Below are positions 38,375 through 48,671 of a stretch of 49,143 nt of DNA, in pieces. Below the pieces are notes generated by a model that worked only from the letters and a program-made list of their open reading frames with translations, did not search any database and was not told the origin of the DNA. This DNA is from Chiloscyllium plagiosum. Taxonomy: Eukaryota. The position numbers and the translations under genes are program-made. Numbering within the stretch: position 1 is the stretch's first letter; every line of letters starts with the position of its first letter. Location of the stretch: positions 75,221,466 through 75,270,608 of the forward strand of contig NC_057719.1 of the NCBI RefSeq assembly GCF_004010195.1. Direction: 5' to 3'.

Positions 38375-38804
38375 CTATTAGTCCAGTTTATTATGTTGTG
38401 TGCAAAACTTGCAGCTCTGGTATTATCCATTCAGCCCAGGGTTCTTCCCCAACGTTCCGAGTGAAAATGATTTCTAGTATCCTGATAGGAATTGCACTGG
38501 AAAGTGTTCAATGACTTCCCATTGGCTCAGTGTTGATGAGTATGTAGATGTAAACATTAATGGGTGGACCAGCTAATATTGCATCTACTTAACCCAAACA
38601 GGGATTCAAAATGAGAATCTTTGGGAATTAACCTTTTTGTGAGTCAAACTAGACTTTATATCAACACAATAATCATTCAAGCAAAACTCTTCTAAGCCAA
38701 GAAGGTAACGGTTTCAAAATGTTGCAAGCATGCAGTTAATTGAAGGAGAAAGAAAGAGAATAGCATTCACCTCTGAAATAGGTGTAAGTGTATAACAGCT
38801 ATCA

Positions 38805-39170
38805 GCTATGACTCCGCTGACAGTACTCTCATTTTTGAGTCACGGGTTTGTGAGTTCATGTTCCTCCTTCAGTGCTAAACATGAAATCTACTCTGACCCT
38901 CCGGTGTGGTAGAGAGGTGCCACCTTTCAAGTGCGATGTGAAAGCGATGTACTATTTCGAAGCTCCATAGGGTAGTTAACTTTGTCCTGTTCAGCATTTA
39001 TCCCCAATTAATGTCACAAAAACCGACAAGGTCACGTTGCTGCATGTCGCTACTTGCTATGTGCAAAGTGGCAGCTGAGCTTCCTATTGTAAAAAGCGAC
39101 TGGGCTTCAGAAAGTGCTTCAGTGATTGGAAAGCACTTTGGGATGTCTGGAGATGATGTATAATGGCCAT
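38805..39170 (+). mobile_element. decayed SacSINE1/DeuSINE-like SINE
   Basis: tRNA-like head (cagtactctc..gagtca..gagttca), gaggtgccacctttca, cttgctatgtgcaaa and tail aaagcactttgggatgtc. Confidence 0.6.
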
Positions 39171-40013
39171 ATTTCCCCTGGGACTCTGATGATGTAATGC
39201 TGCTGTTTTATATTTTCACATTGTCTTTAACATGAGAAAACGTCTCTGGTTGTTTGACAGAGGAAGCAAACTTCAGAAAGTAACAGACAACTATTCATAG
39301 TGGGAAGTCTGGGTAGATGGAGGAGATTTAAGAAAGCTTTTGGCATTTCTCTGTCTGCAGCAAGGAAATGTTTTAATTTATGAAAGCAGCATGTTTGGTC
39401 AGGCCTGTATTGGAATGACAATGAATTTATGGAGTTTTGTCATGATTCAGTTTCTTCTGCATCTCGAGCTGTCTGCAACACCACACGAACTCCCCATCAC
39501 CTTACCCCAATCTCCACCATCCAACATGTATTTGTAGCCAATATACTGTCAGCTCATTGAAACTTGTTTGCAGTGCGATTCCCAATGTTTTCAATGGGAA
39601 ACAGAGCATTTCAAATTGATTTATAGCTACATTGGACTTGGGTTTCACTTGGGTTTGCAGTACAGACTCCCTGGAGTCTGCAAAATAGGGAAATAAAAAC
39701 ACAGTTATAGAAAATGCAAACAACTGTTACTGTGCATGACCCTTACTTTGCTGTTGAAATTGATTTAAAAAGAAAACCTATATTTAACATTGAGCCATGC
39801 TGCCTGGATTGGTTTACATCATTCGAGCAGCAAGGTAATATTCAACGTGAGTTGTGAGAGTGGTATGTATAGTGAACATATGCATGGTGGAATGGTATGT
39901 TTAGTTGGGAAATGGGTATCTTTCAGCAAAAATGCATATTTTATTCAATTTGGAAACAAAATATATTTAATTAAGTACAGCATGACTGGACTTCCAAAAC
40001 AAGGTATTTCTTT

Positions 40014-40322
40014 GGGCAGCACAGTGGCACAGCAATTAGCACTGTTGCCTCACAGCGCCAGAGACCCGGGTTCAATTCCCGCCTCAGGCGACTGACTGTG
40101 TGGAGTTTGCACGTTCTCCCCGTGTCTGCGTGGGTTTCCTCCGGGTGCTCCGGTTTCCTCCCACAGTCCAAAGATGTGCAGGGTCTGGTGAATTGGCCAT
40201 ATTAAATTGCCCATAGTGTTAGGTAAGGGGTAAATGTAGGGGTATGGGTGGGTTCGCTTCAGCAGGTCGGTGTGGACTTGTTGGGGCGAAAGGCCTGTTT
40301 CCACACTGTAATGTAATCTAAT
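40014..40322 (+). mobile_element. HE1-type V-SINE, young
   Basis: Full head, V-domain and CR1-like tail with (taatc)n. CpGs largely intact. Confidence 0.95.
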
Positions 40323-40561
40323 CTGTAATCTTTGGCTATAAAGAAAAAGTTAATAAATTGTCTCGCACTCTTTTATTGTGCATTGAGGCAAACTAGTCAT
40401 GAGGATGTTACGTAAATGCATTTATTTCCTTAATAATGTGCTTGTGAAATGCTACATATCAGACCCGGAGCTTCTTTTCCAGCTGATGCGATTAAAATGA
40501 AACATCTCAGAGATACACCTCTGGGATAGTCCCACTATACAGCCACAAGGACAATAAATAT

Positions 40562-41131
40562 GGATGGAATTTGCAGCAGGCTGACAGTTTAGTGTGAGTC
40601 TGAGGTTGGGGTTAGATGTGGGGCAGGCTGATGTTTAATTGGACTATAAGATGCTGAGCAGAGAGTCTGTGACCTCTTTAATCCTCACTGACAGTCAAAG
40701 CCATGAATTTACCCTCACGTCCCTGGGCCAGTTACATGGTAGCCTTACCTATGGGTTCTTATTGGCCACACTATGATCATTGCTTGGTCCCATCAATGAC
40801 AAGGCATCTCCCTAGCGGGAGACACACCGCTGCCCTCTGTAGTGACCCCTCATTCCCTAATCTCACTGGCATCTTCCCAGCTGCCCTAGGCTGCCTACTT
40901 ATATCTCCTGGTCTCAGTGTCATTTTTGATCCTGCAGTCCTGGCAGTGGCATTACTGATTAGCTAGCAGCTCCATGGGCTGGGATCGATGTCTCCAAAGG
41001 CTCAGGAACCCTTATGACAGGCAGTGAGGGTGTCATCCTGTCAGAGACTCCACAACCTTGCCAGCATTTCAAAAACACCAGCATTTCCAGCCAGTACAAG
41101 GGCACACCACATTGCAGATAAAATTCGATCC
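40562..41131. mobile_element. non-autonomous PIF/Harbinger-like element (MITE)
   Basis: TIRs GGATGGAATTT (40562-40572) / AAATTCGATCC (41121-41131), 10/11 match. 3-bp TSD TAT on both sides. Confidence 0.6.
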
Positions 41132-41589
41132 TATGTGTGTGTGTGGCAACCGCAGATGAATTTGCTTACTTGTTCCTGTGAAGAATATCATTGCTAAGAT
41201 CATTCTAAATAGTCATATCGACTGCTTAGTTACACATAGGTGTGAATTAATTTCCTAATAGCCATTGTGGATTCAGAAGAAGCAAGAGGTCCCACTGATG
41301 TAGACTCATTGACTAGGTCAGCACTGAAAGATGATTTTTGGTCTAACATTACAGTGCCACATTTGAAGGGAACCCAGTTAGTCCCTTTCTCCTGCTGCTC
41401 TTTTCCCCACAAACTTAAATTATTTTTTACTTCAGTTATTGATCCAATTTCTCCATCGGGCCACGTATTTGAAAACTGAACTCGAGTAAAACTTTTACTT
41501 CACATATTGTCTCGTACTCTTTTATCATTTTTATTAGTCTGTGTCTTTGGGTTTATGGCTTTCCAGCCTTAAAAACCGTTTCCTTTTGA

Positions 41590-41862
41590 ATAGATTCCTT
41601 ACAGTATGAAAGCAGGCCCTTCAGCCCAACAAGTCCACACCGACCCTCCAAAGAGCAACCTATCCAGACTCACTCCCCCAAAACTACAGGTGATTTAGCA
41701 TGGCCAATTCACCTAACTTGCACGTTTTTGGACTGTGGGAGGAAACCCACACAGACACAGGGAGAATATGCAAACTCCACACAGACAGTTGCCCGAGGCG
41801 GGAATTGAACCCAGATCCCTGGTGCTGTGAGGCAGCAGTACTAACCACTGAGCCACTGTGCC
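41590..41862 (-). mobile_element. HE1-type V-SINE
   Basis: Reverse complement has ggcacagtggctcagtggttagtactgctgcctcacagc and tgtgtggagtttgcatattctccc. Confidence 0.9.
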
Positions 41863-42060
41863 ACTTATTTACTTTTGTATAAACCTTTCATGGTTTTTAA
41901 ACACTGTTATCAAATCTCATACTTGTAGCTATTCCTACCAGGAGAACGTTGGTCTGCTGTACTGCTTGTCCTGTGGCATGCTCACACCTCCTATAGCTCA
42001 TCTCCAACCTCTCTGTTTTATCCATCAAACAACTTGGCCGAGTTTGACCCTTATTTTTCC

Positions 42061-42259
42061 GAGGAGAAAGTGAGGTCTGCAGATGCTGGAGATCAAAGTT
42101 GAAACTTTATTGCTGGAACAGCACAGCAGGTCAGGCAGCATCCAGGGAACAGGAGATTCGACGTTTCGGGCACAGAAGGGCCTGTGCCCGAAACGTCGAA
42201 TCTCCTGTTCCCTGGATGCTGCCTGACCTGCTGTGCTGTTCCAGCAATAAAGTTTCAAC
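42061..42259. mobile_element. perfect palindromic PLE pLTR mini-element, very young
   Basis: Perfect 78-bp arms 42098-42175 / 42182-42259 with a 6-nt loop. Perfect 14-bp TSD acccttatttttcc (42047-42060 / 42258-42271). Hammerhead 3' half GGGC ctgt GCCC GAAA cgTC gaat. Confidence 0.9.
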
Positions 42260-42559
42260 CCTTATTTTTCCCTCCACTTTGCCCTCCAGAAGAGATCACT
42301 GCAGCTTTTCTTCCTGCTTGTCACTTCTTCCAGTTATATTTACTCATACAATTTCAAGTACCTCTTCATTTAGCTTAAGGTCTGTGCATGGAATGTTAAA
42401 TAAAAGTTTCAGAAGCCACATTCCAAAGCCCTCAATTTTCCTAATCTCTTATTTAGTGTCCACATACATCTGAGGCATACAGAAAAGTGGATGAAATGTA
42501 GTATCTTATGAGCTTTTTTTCCCCCCACAATTTTGGGTTTTCTTTTTTGTTCATGTATC

Positions 42560-42830
42560 CTTTGACTTCCTGGTTATCCCAAACTTTCTTTGACATTGTA
42601 TCCATCATCTTCTGTTATCACTTATTCCAAGTAGTCAAATTTGTTCCAGTGCTTTAAGGAGCTCTGTGCTGTAGGGAGAACAATTCCAACATTTCCAGTC
42701 TATCCAGGTAACTGCAATGACTCAGCTCTCAAACAATTCAATAATTTCTCAAATGACTTCCTAAAGTACAGTGTGAAGTAGTAGACAAAATTCCTCCAGT
42801 TGACAACAAACTGGTGTTTTCATATAAATT
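42560..42830 (-). mobile_element. very decayed CR1 fragment
   Basis: ctgtagggagaacaattccaac..tccagtctatcc and cttcctaaagtacagt resemble antisense CR1 ORF2 end. Confidence 0.4.
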
Positions 42831-43344
42831 TAGCACAAATTCCTGGTTTTTACCCTCTTTGTTTCTAAAATAGGAATAAGGTGATTCTTAATAATAATAA
42901 GGTTTAATTAAGGTGTGTAATAGTCTTGAAATAAGTGTTGTAGCTATACTCCATTTCTTCCCAATGAGATACTTGATTGTTATTTTATCAATGTTAGTTC
43001 AGTCATTACAACAATATCAGCCTGTGTAGGTATATCATTCATTGCTACACTGAGCAAGGAGTTAAAGGAAACTGAAGATTGGACAGGACAGTTGCATAAC
43101 ATTGGGAACCAACAGACACAAGGCTGAAGGTTGAAATAACAGGAGGTGTGCATGGAATTGAGAATTATAAGTGAATGCTGCAAACCTCAGGGAGTTTTTA
43201 AAGAAGTTCTTTGGGCAACTGAGATAATTTGCCTTGCAAATACTCAAATAAGATCTTTACTTCATTGACCCATATAGACTCAAGTGGTAATTTTTCACTA
43301 TAACACCTCTACTTTAAAAAAAAACATGAATAACGTGTGCTTTA

Positions 43345-43580
43345 GTACCTGAAAATTTTGGATATGACTCAGCAGGCCAGGCAGCGTTGGTGAAGAGAGA
43401 GAGAATTAATATTTTAGGTTGATGTCTTTCGTCAGAACTGAGTAAGGTTAGAGGTGTAATCAGTCGTAAGCAAGTAGAGAAGTAAAAGCAAAACATCAAT
43501 GACAGCAAAGAAGAAAGGGTAAATCTTGTGATAGATTGAATGGCAGGAGAGATTGAATGCTGTAAAGGAGGTTGGTGCAA
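43345..43580 (-). mobile_element. decayed PLE 3' UTR/pLTR with hammerhead remnant
   Basis: Minus strand: agtt CTGACGA a agac atc aacct AAAA tatt aatt ctctctctcttcaccaacgctgcctggcctgctgagtc. Confidence 0.65.
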
Positions 43581-44609
43581 GGCACAGGGAAAGGAATGAA
43601 GTATGGAAGCAAAGAATCACACAATGATGGAATGGATATGATGTGAGTTGCTTCCATTAAGACACTTTATGTGGTGTCACCTCCTACAATATTTTTAAAA
43701 ATGGGCATCGCTGTTGTAGTATGAAGAATCGAACAGATGTTTCTTACATTTTAGTATTAAACACAAATGGTACATTTCTCAGACACATAACTGTCTGGGC
43801 TTCTATTTAATCAGGTCACTGCAGCAGTGGAGCATGTTTCAAGTAATTCTGGGGCAAGATGGAAAATGAGACCTTTATACCCTCAGGTTATATGTTATGA
43901 TACTGTGATGACATCATGGCCATGCATCTTCAAGGTAAATTAACACACTCAGCAGGAGACATTACCCAACATCCCTATTCTTCCCCAGAGATAAAAACCT
44001 ATCTCAAACAGATTGACATGGCTGCATGTAAACGTGTGTTGTCAATTTATAATTATACAAACAGGTAAACAAGAGTTTGCAAGACAATGGAACACCTTGC
44101 AGGTTTGACAACTTGCTCTAATCTGGAGATCTCTCTGGAAAGGTACACAATGTTCTTTATTGCACATGTTTGACAATTTGCTTATATTGCTGCTAAATGA
44201 TGTCACTCAATTTCACCCCACAATCGTCATCATACTCCTCACTCTTTGTCCATGATTGATGTGCTGTACAAAGGTCTGAGTTCTGGGTTCCTTCACTGTC
44301 AACACTATGATCAGTCATGGCTTCTCATATTTTAGAAACATTTGTATTCAAGCATTTGTATTTCTAACTCACGCACTCTCTGCCCAGTGTGCAGGTTTGA
44401 TAATTCTCGATTTGTCAAGCATCTCTTTCATTATCTTCCATTTTTAAAGAAAAATACTTTGTGATTCAGAATGGTTTTACAATTGATATTAGGCAATGAC
44501 ATTTACACTTGCCTTCTGAGCTTAAGTTGTGCTGGGGATGGTAATCCTTTTCTCTATTGGAGTTGCACAAAGATGCAACAGTGCAACACCAAATTCTTGT
44601 TTGTTCACA

Positions 44610-44970
44610 GAAACACAGAATGTTAAAGTGTAGGAGGACAGTCAGCTTGCCATGTCTGCACTGGCCCTCTGAGTGTTATGACTCAGTTATATTGTCCTGC
44701 CTTTTGCCCACATCATTGCATAATTTTTCTTTTCAAATAATCATCTAATCATCAGGAGAAGCAATGGTCTGCTGTATTCTTGACAAAAACAACCCATTGT
44801 ATCTGCCTCGACCCACACTCTCAACCAGCACATGCCAGACTGTAACCACTCTCACTGAGAGATTCCCTTAGGAAACTATTAGTTCTTTGGCCAATGTCTT
44901 TAAATTGGTGTCCTGTGGTGCTCAACTCTTCAAACAATGGGAACTGTTTCTCAGTACCTACTCCACATTG
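44610..44970 (-). mobile_element. decayed CR1 3' fragment
   Basis: ORF 44821..45063 contains KQFPLFEELSTTGHQFK. Tail cacagaaacacagaat. Confidence 0.55.
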
Positions 44971-45034
44971 CTGTGAGCTTTTAGACTCTATGGCAGTACT
45001 TGCCTCCCCCTCCACTAGCTCCCTCCACCAACAA

Positions 45035-45722
45035 TCCCTCATCCACATTGATGCAATAGTCAAGAAAGCACAACAATGTCTCTACTTCCTCAAGAGGCTA
45101 AGGAAATTTGACATGTCCACAAAGACTCTTACCAATTTCCATAGATGCACCTTAGAAAACATGCTATCTGGATGCATCATAGGTTGGTACGACAGCTGCG
45201 CTTCCTAAGACCACAAGAAACTCCAGAGAATCGTGAACACAGCCCAGTCCATCACACAAACCAGCCTTCCATCCATTGACTCCATCTATTCTCCCCTCTG
45301 TCTCGGGAAAGCAACCAACATCATCAAAGACCACTCCCACCCCATTTATACTCTCTTCACCCTCTTTCATCAGCAGAAGTTGTAAAAGCTTGAAAACACG
45401 TATGATCGGATTCAAGAACAGTTTCTTCCCCACTGCTATCAGACTTTTGATTGGACCTCTCAAATGTTAATTCGGATCTGTCTCTCTCTGCGGCTGTAAC
45501 ACTGCATTCTCCAGTCTGTTCTGCTAACCTGATGCACTTTGTATGGTACAGTCTGCCTGGAGGGCACGCAAAGCAACACTAGCCCTCTCTACCTCTCTCT
45601 CTCTCTCTCCACCAATGCTGCCTGGTCTGCTGAGTATATCCAGAATTTTCAGGTACTAAAGATTATGTTCTTCATTTTTTTAAAGAAATGTGCCTCAGTA
45701 CATGTGAGAACAATCAATCAAT
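45035..45722 (+). mobile_element. Rex1/Babar-type LINE 3' fragment
   Basis: HIDAIVKKAQQCLYFLKRLRKFDMSTKTLTNFHRCTLENMLSGCIIGWY...FKNSFFPTAIRLL. The 3'UTR is interrupted at ~45581-45690 and resumes gtgcctcagtacatgtga..(aatc)n. Confidence 0.85.
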
Positions 45723-46833
45723 TCCTCATCTAACAGCTAGCAATGCCTGCAGCTCAATCAGGTAAGTCTCATTAAGTTGATCCTACAATCTCTGCCAGTG
45801 ACATTTCCATCCAGCACCCTCTGCCACACCACACTTCTGGCAGGAGTCATGCAATAATGAAAAATCCAGGCTGAGCTTTCTTGGCCCATCAGCCTCCTTG
45901 ACATGAAGAAATATTGTGGTGATCGCTCACATGCATAAAGTTTGTATTTCATTTGGAACCCAAAGGCATCATCAGTCATTTCTTTCTTCTTACTGTGAAA
46001 TTTCTCAAGGGTGAACCCGGATAACCTTTTCTCCAAGTTGCACTCTCCTTGAGGGAAAATTGATCTATCTGTCAAGCAAATTTGAAATCCATTTCCATTT
46101 AGCCATGTTTTAACTTAACCCCAGCAAACTCACTCTATTAAAGGAAGGAATAAAACAGTTTGTATTCAGCCTATCACCCAGGATGATATTAATGGACCAC
46201 AGAAGTTTTAAAAATAATGATCTGGGTAATTAGGCAACATGATGTCTTGGAAAAGAAGGGCTGGTTCAAGGGTGTCCTGCTTTGGGAGAGACTGTCTCCA
46301 AGCAAACTCAGGAGATTGCAGAAGCACAGGTAGTTCACAAGTAACAGGAGCAAAGTTAAATCTCTTTAGACGCAGGACATTTATCTCCATGAATGGCAAT
46401 GCTACCAATTTTACCAAAGAGTAACTCCTTGGCAAAGTGTAAGTTACTTGGTGTTCCATTCCGTCAGTGCAATGCTGGTGCTGAACCACTATGCCACAAT
46501 ACTGCGGATGACCTCAAGAAGATTAATGAAAATATATATTCCAATGGTGCAGCTCAGATGACACCTGCCCCACAGCAACACGGCAATCCAGATCTCCATT
46601 GCTGTTCTTACTGATTAAACCCCAACATCAAAATCATTGTATCTCTTCAAAAATTCCAAAGAATGCATTGCACCAATGCTTGATTTATCAGTGGGTGGGT
46701 AATTTCCATTTATTTCCAAAACCTCTGCTACTGTCAGGCACTACCTCAGTAGGAGGAGCACCTGGTGGAGTCTCATTCCTGCTCTTCAGTCAAGTCTTTT
46801 GTATTTATCTGAGGGCATCAGCTGTCAGGACCA

Positions 46834-48671
46834 GGTACAGCATCATCCAGAGACGCCAGTTCCTCATATACAGCATCACCCAGAGAGGCCAGTTCCTCAT
46901 ATACAACATCATACAGAGAGGCCAGTTCCTGATACACAGCATCATTCAGAGAGGCCAGTTCCTCATGTACAGCATCATCCAGAGAGGCCACTTCCTCATA
47001 TACAGCATCATCCAGAGAGGCCACTTCCTCATGTACAGCATCATCCAGAGAGGCCGGTTCCTCATGTACAGCATCATCCAGAGAGGCCAGTTCCTGACAC
47101 ACAGCACCATCCAGAGAGGCCAGTTCCCCATATACAGCATCATCCAGAGAGGCCAGTTCCTGACACACAGCATCATCCAGAGAGGCCACTTCCTCATATA
47201 CAGCATCATCCAGAGAGGCCAGTTCCTGATATACAGCATCATCCAGAGAGGCCAGTTCCCCATATACAGCATCATCCAGAGAGGCCAGTTCCTGACACAC
47301 AGCATCATCCAGAGAGGCCAGTTCCCCATATACAGCATCATCCAGAGAGGCCACTTCCTCATGTACAGCATCATCCAGAGAGGCCAGTTCCTGACACACA
47401 GCACCATCCAGAGAGGCCAGTTCCCCATAAACAGCATCATCCAGAGAGGCCAGTTCCCCATATACAGCATCATCCAGAGAGGCCACTTCCCCATATACAG
47501 CATCATCCAGAGAGGCCACTTCCTCATGTACAGCATCATCCAGAGAGGCCAGTTCCTCATATACAACATCATACAGAGAGGCAAGTTCCTGATACACAGC
47601 ACCATCCAGAGAGGCCAGTTCCTCATGTACAGCATCATACAGAGAGGCAAGTTCCTGATACACAGCACCATCCAGAGAGGCCAGTTCCTCATGTACAGCA
47701 CCATCCAGAGAGGCCAGTTCCTGACACACAGCATCATACAGAGAGGCCAGTTCCTGATACACAGCATGATCCAGAGAGGCCAGTTCCCCATATACAGCAT
47801 CATCCAGAGAGGCCACTTCCTCATATACAGCATCATACAGAGAGGCCAGTTCCCCATATACAACATCATCCAGAGAAGCAAGTTCCTGATACACAGTAGC
47901 ATCCAGAGACGCCAGGTCCTGATATACAGCATCATCCAGAGAGGCCAGTTCCTCATATACAGCATCATCCAGAGAGGCCAGTTCCCCATATACAACATCA
48001 TCCAGAGAAGCAAGTTCCTGATACACAGTAGCATCCAGAGAAGCCAGGTCCTGATATACAGTATAATCCAGAGAGGCCAGTTCCTCATATACAGCATCAC
48101 CCAGAGAGGCCAGTTCCTCATATACAACATCATACAGAGAGGCAAGTTCCTGATACACAGCATCATTCAGAGAGGCCAGTTCCTCATGTACAGCATCACC
48201 CAGAGAGGCCAGTTCCTCATATACAACATCATACAGAGAGGCAAGTTCCTGATACACAGCATCATTCAGAGAGGCCAGTTCCTCATATACAGCATCACCC
48301 AGAGAGGCCAGTTCCCCATATACAACATCATACAGAGAGGCAAGTTCCTGATACACAGCACCATCCAGAGAGGCCAGTTCCTCATGTACAGCATCATCCA
48401 GAGAGGCCAGTTCCTGATACACAGCATGATCCAGAGAGGCCAGTTCCTCATGTACAGCACCATCCAGAGAAGCAAGTTCCCGATACACATAGTAGCATCC
48501 AGAGAGGCCAGTTCCTCATATACAGCATCACCCAGAGAGGCCAGTTCCTCATATACAGCATCACCCAGAGAGGCCAGTTCCTGATATACAGCATCAACCA
48601 GAGAGGCCAGTTCCTGATATACAGCATCAACCAGAGAGGCCAGGACCTGATGTACAGCATCATCCAGAGAG
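46834..48671. repeat. 33-bp minisatellite, ~55 copies
   Basis: Consensus CAGCATCATCCAGAGAGGCCAGTTCCTCATATA. Gives 11-aa periodicity in all long ORFs. One 2-nt insertion near 48489. Confidence 0.98.

Noticed and set aside
40014..40090. tRNA gene (also the heads of the other SINE copies)
   Set aside because: The A and B boxes belong to SINE heads that continue into the V-domain. No full cloverleaf is evident.
42025..42473. Identical N-terminal peptides on both strands
   Set aside because: This is a direct consequence of the perfect palindrome.
46599..48584. 661-aa and 366-aa plus-strand ORFs as genes
   Set aside because: They follow from a 33-bp stop-free unit. The starts are non-ATG and there is no recognisable domain.
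46834..48671. CRISPR-like array
   Set aside because: The units are head-to-tail with no unique spacers, there are no cas genes, and the context is vertebrate.
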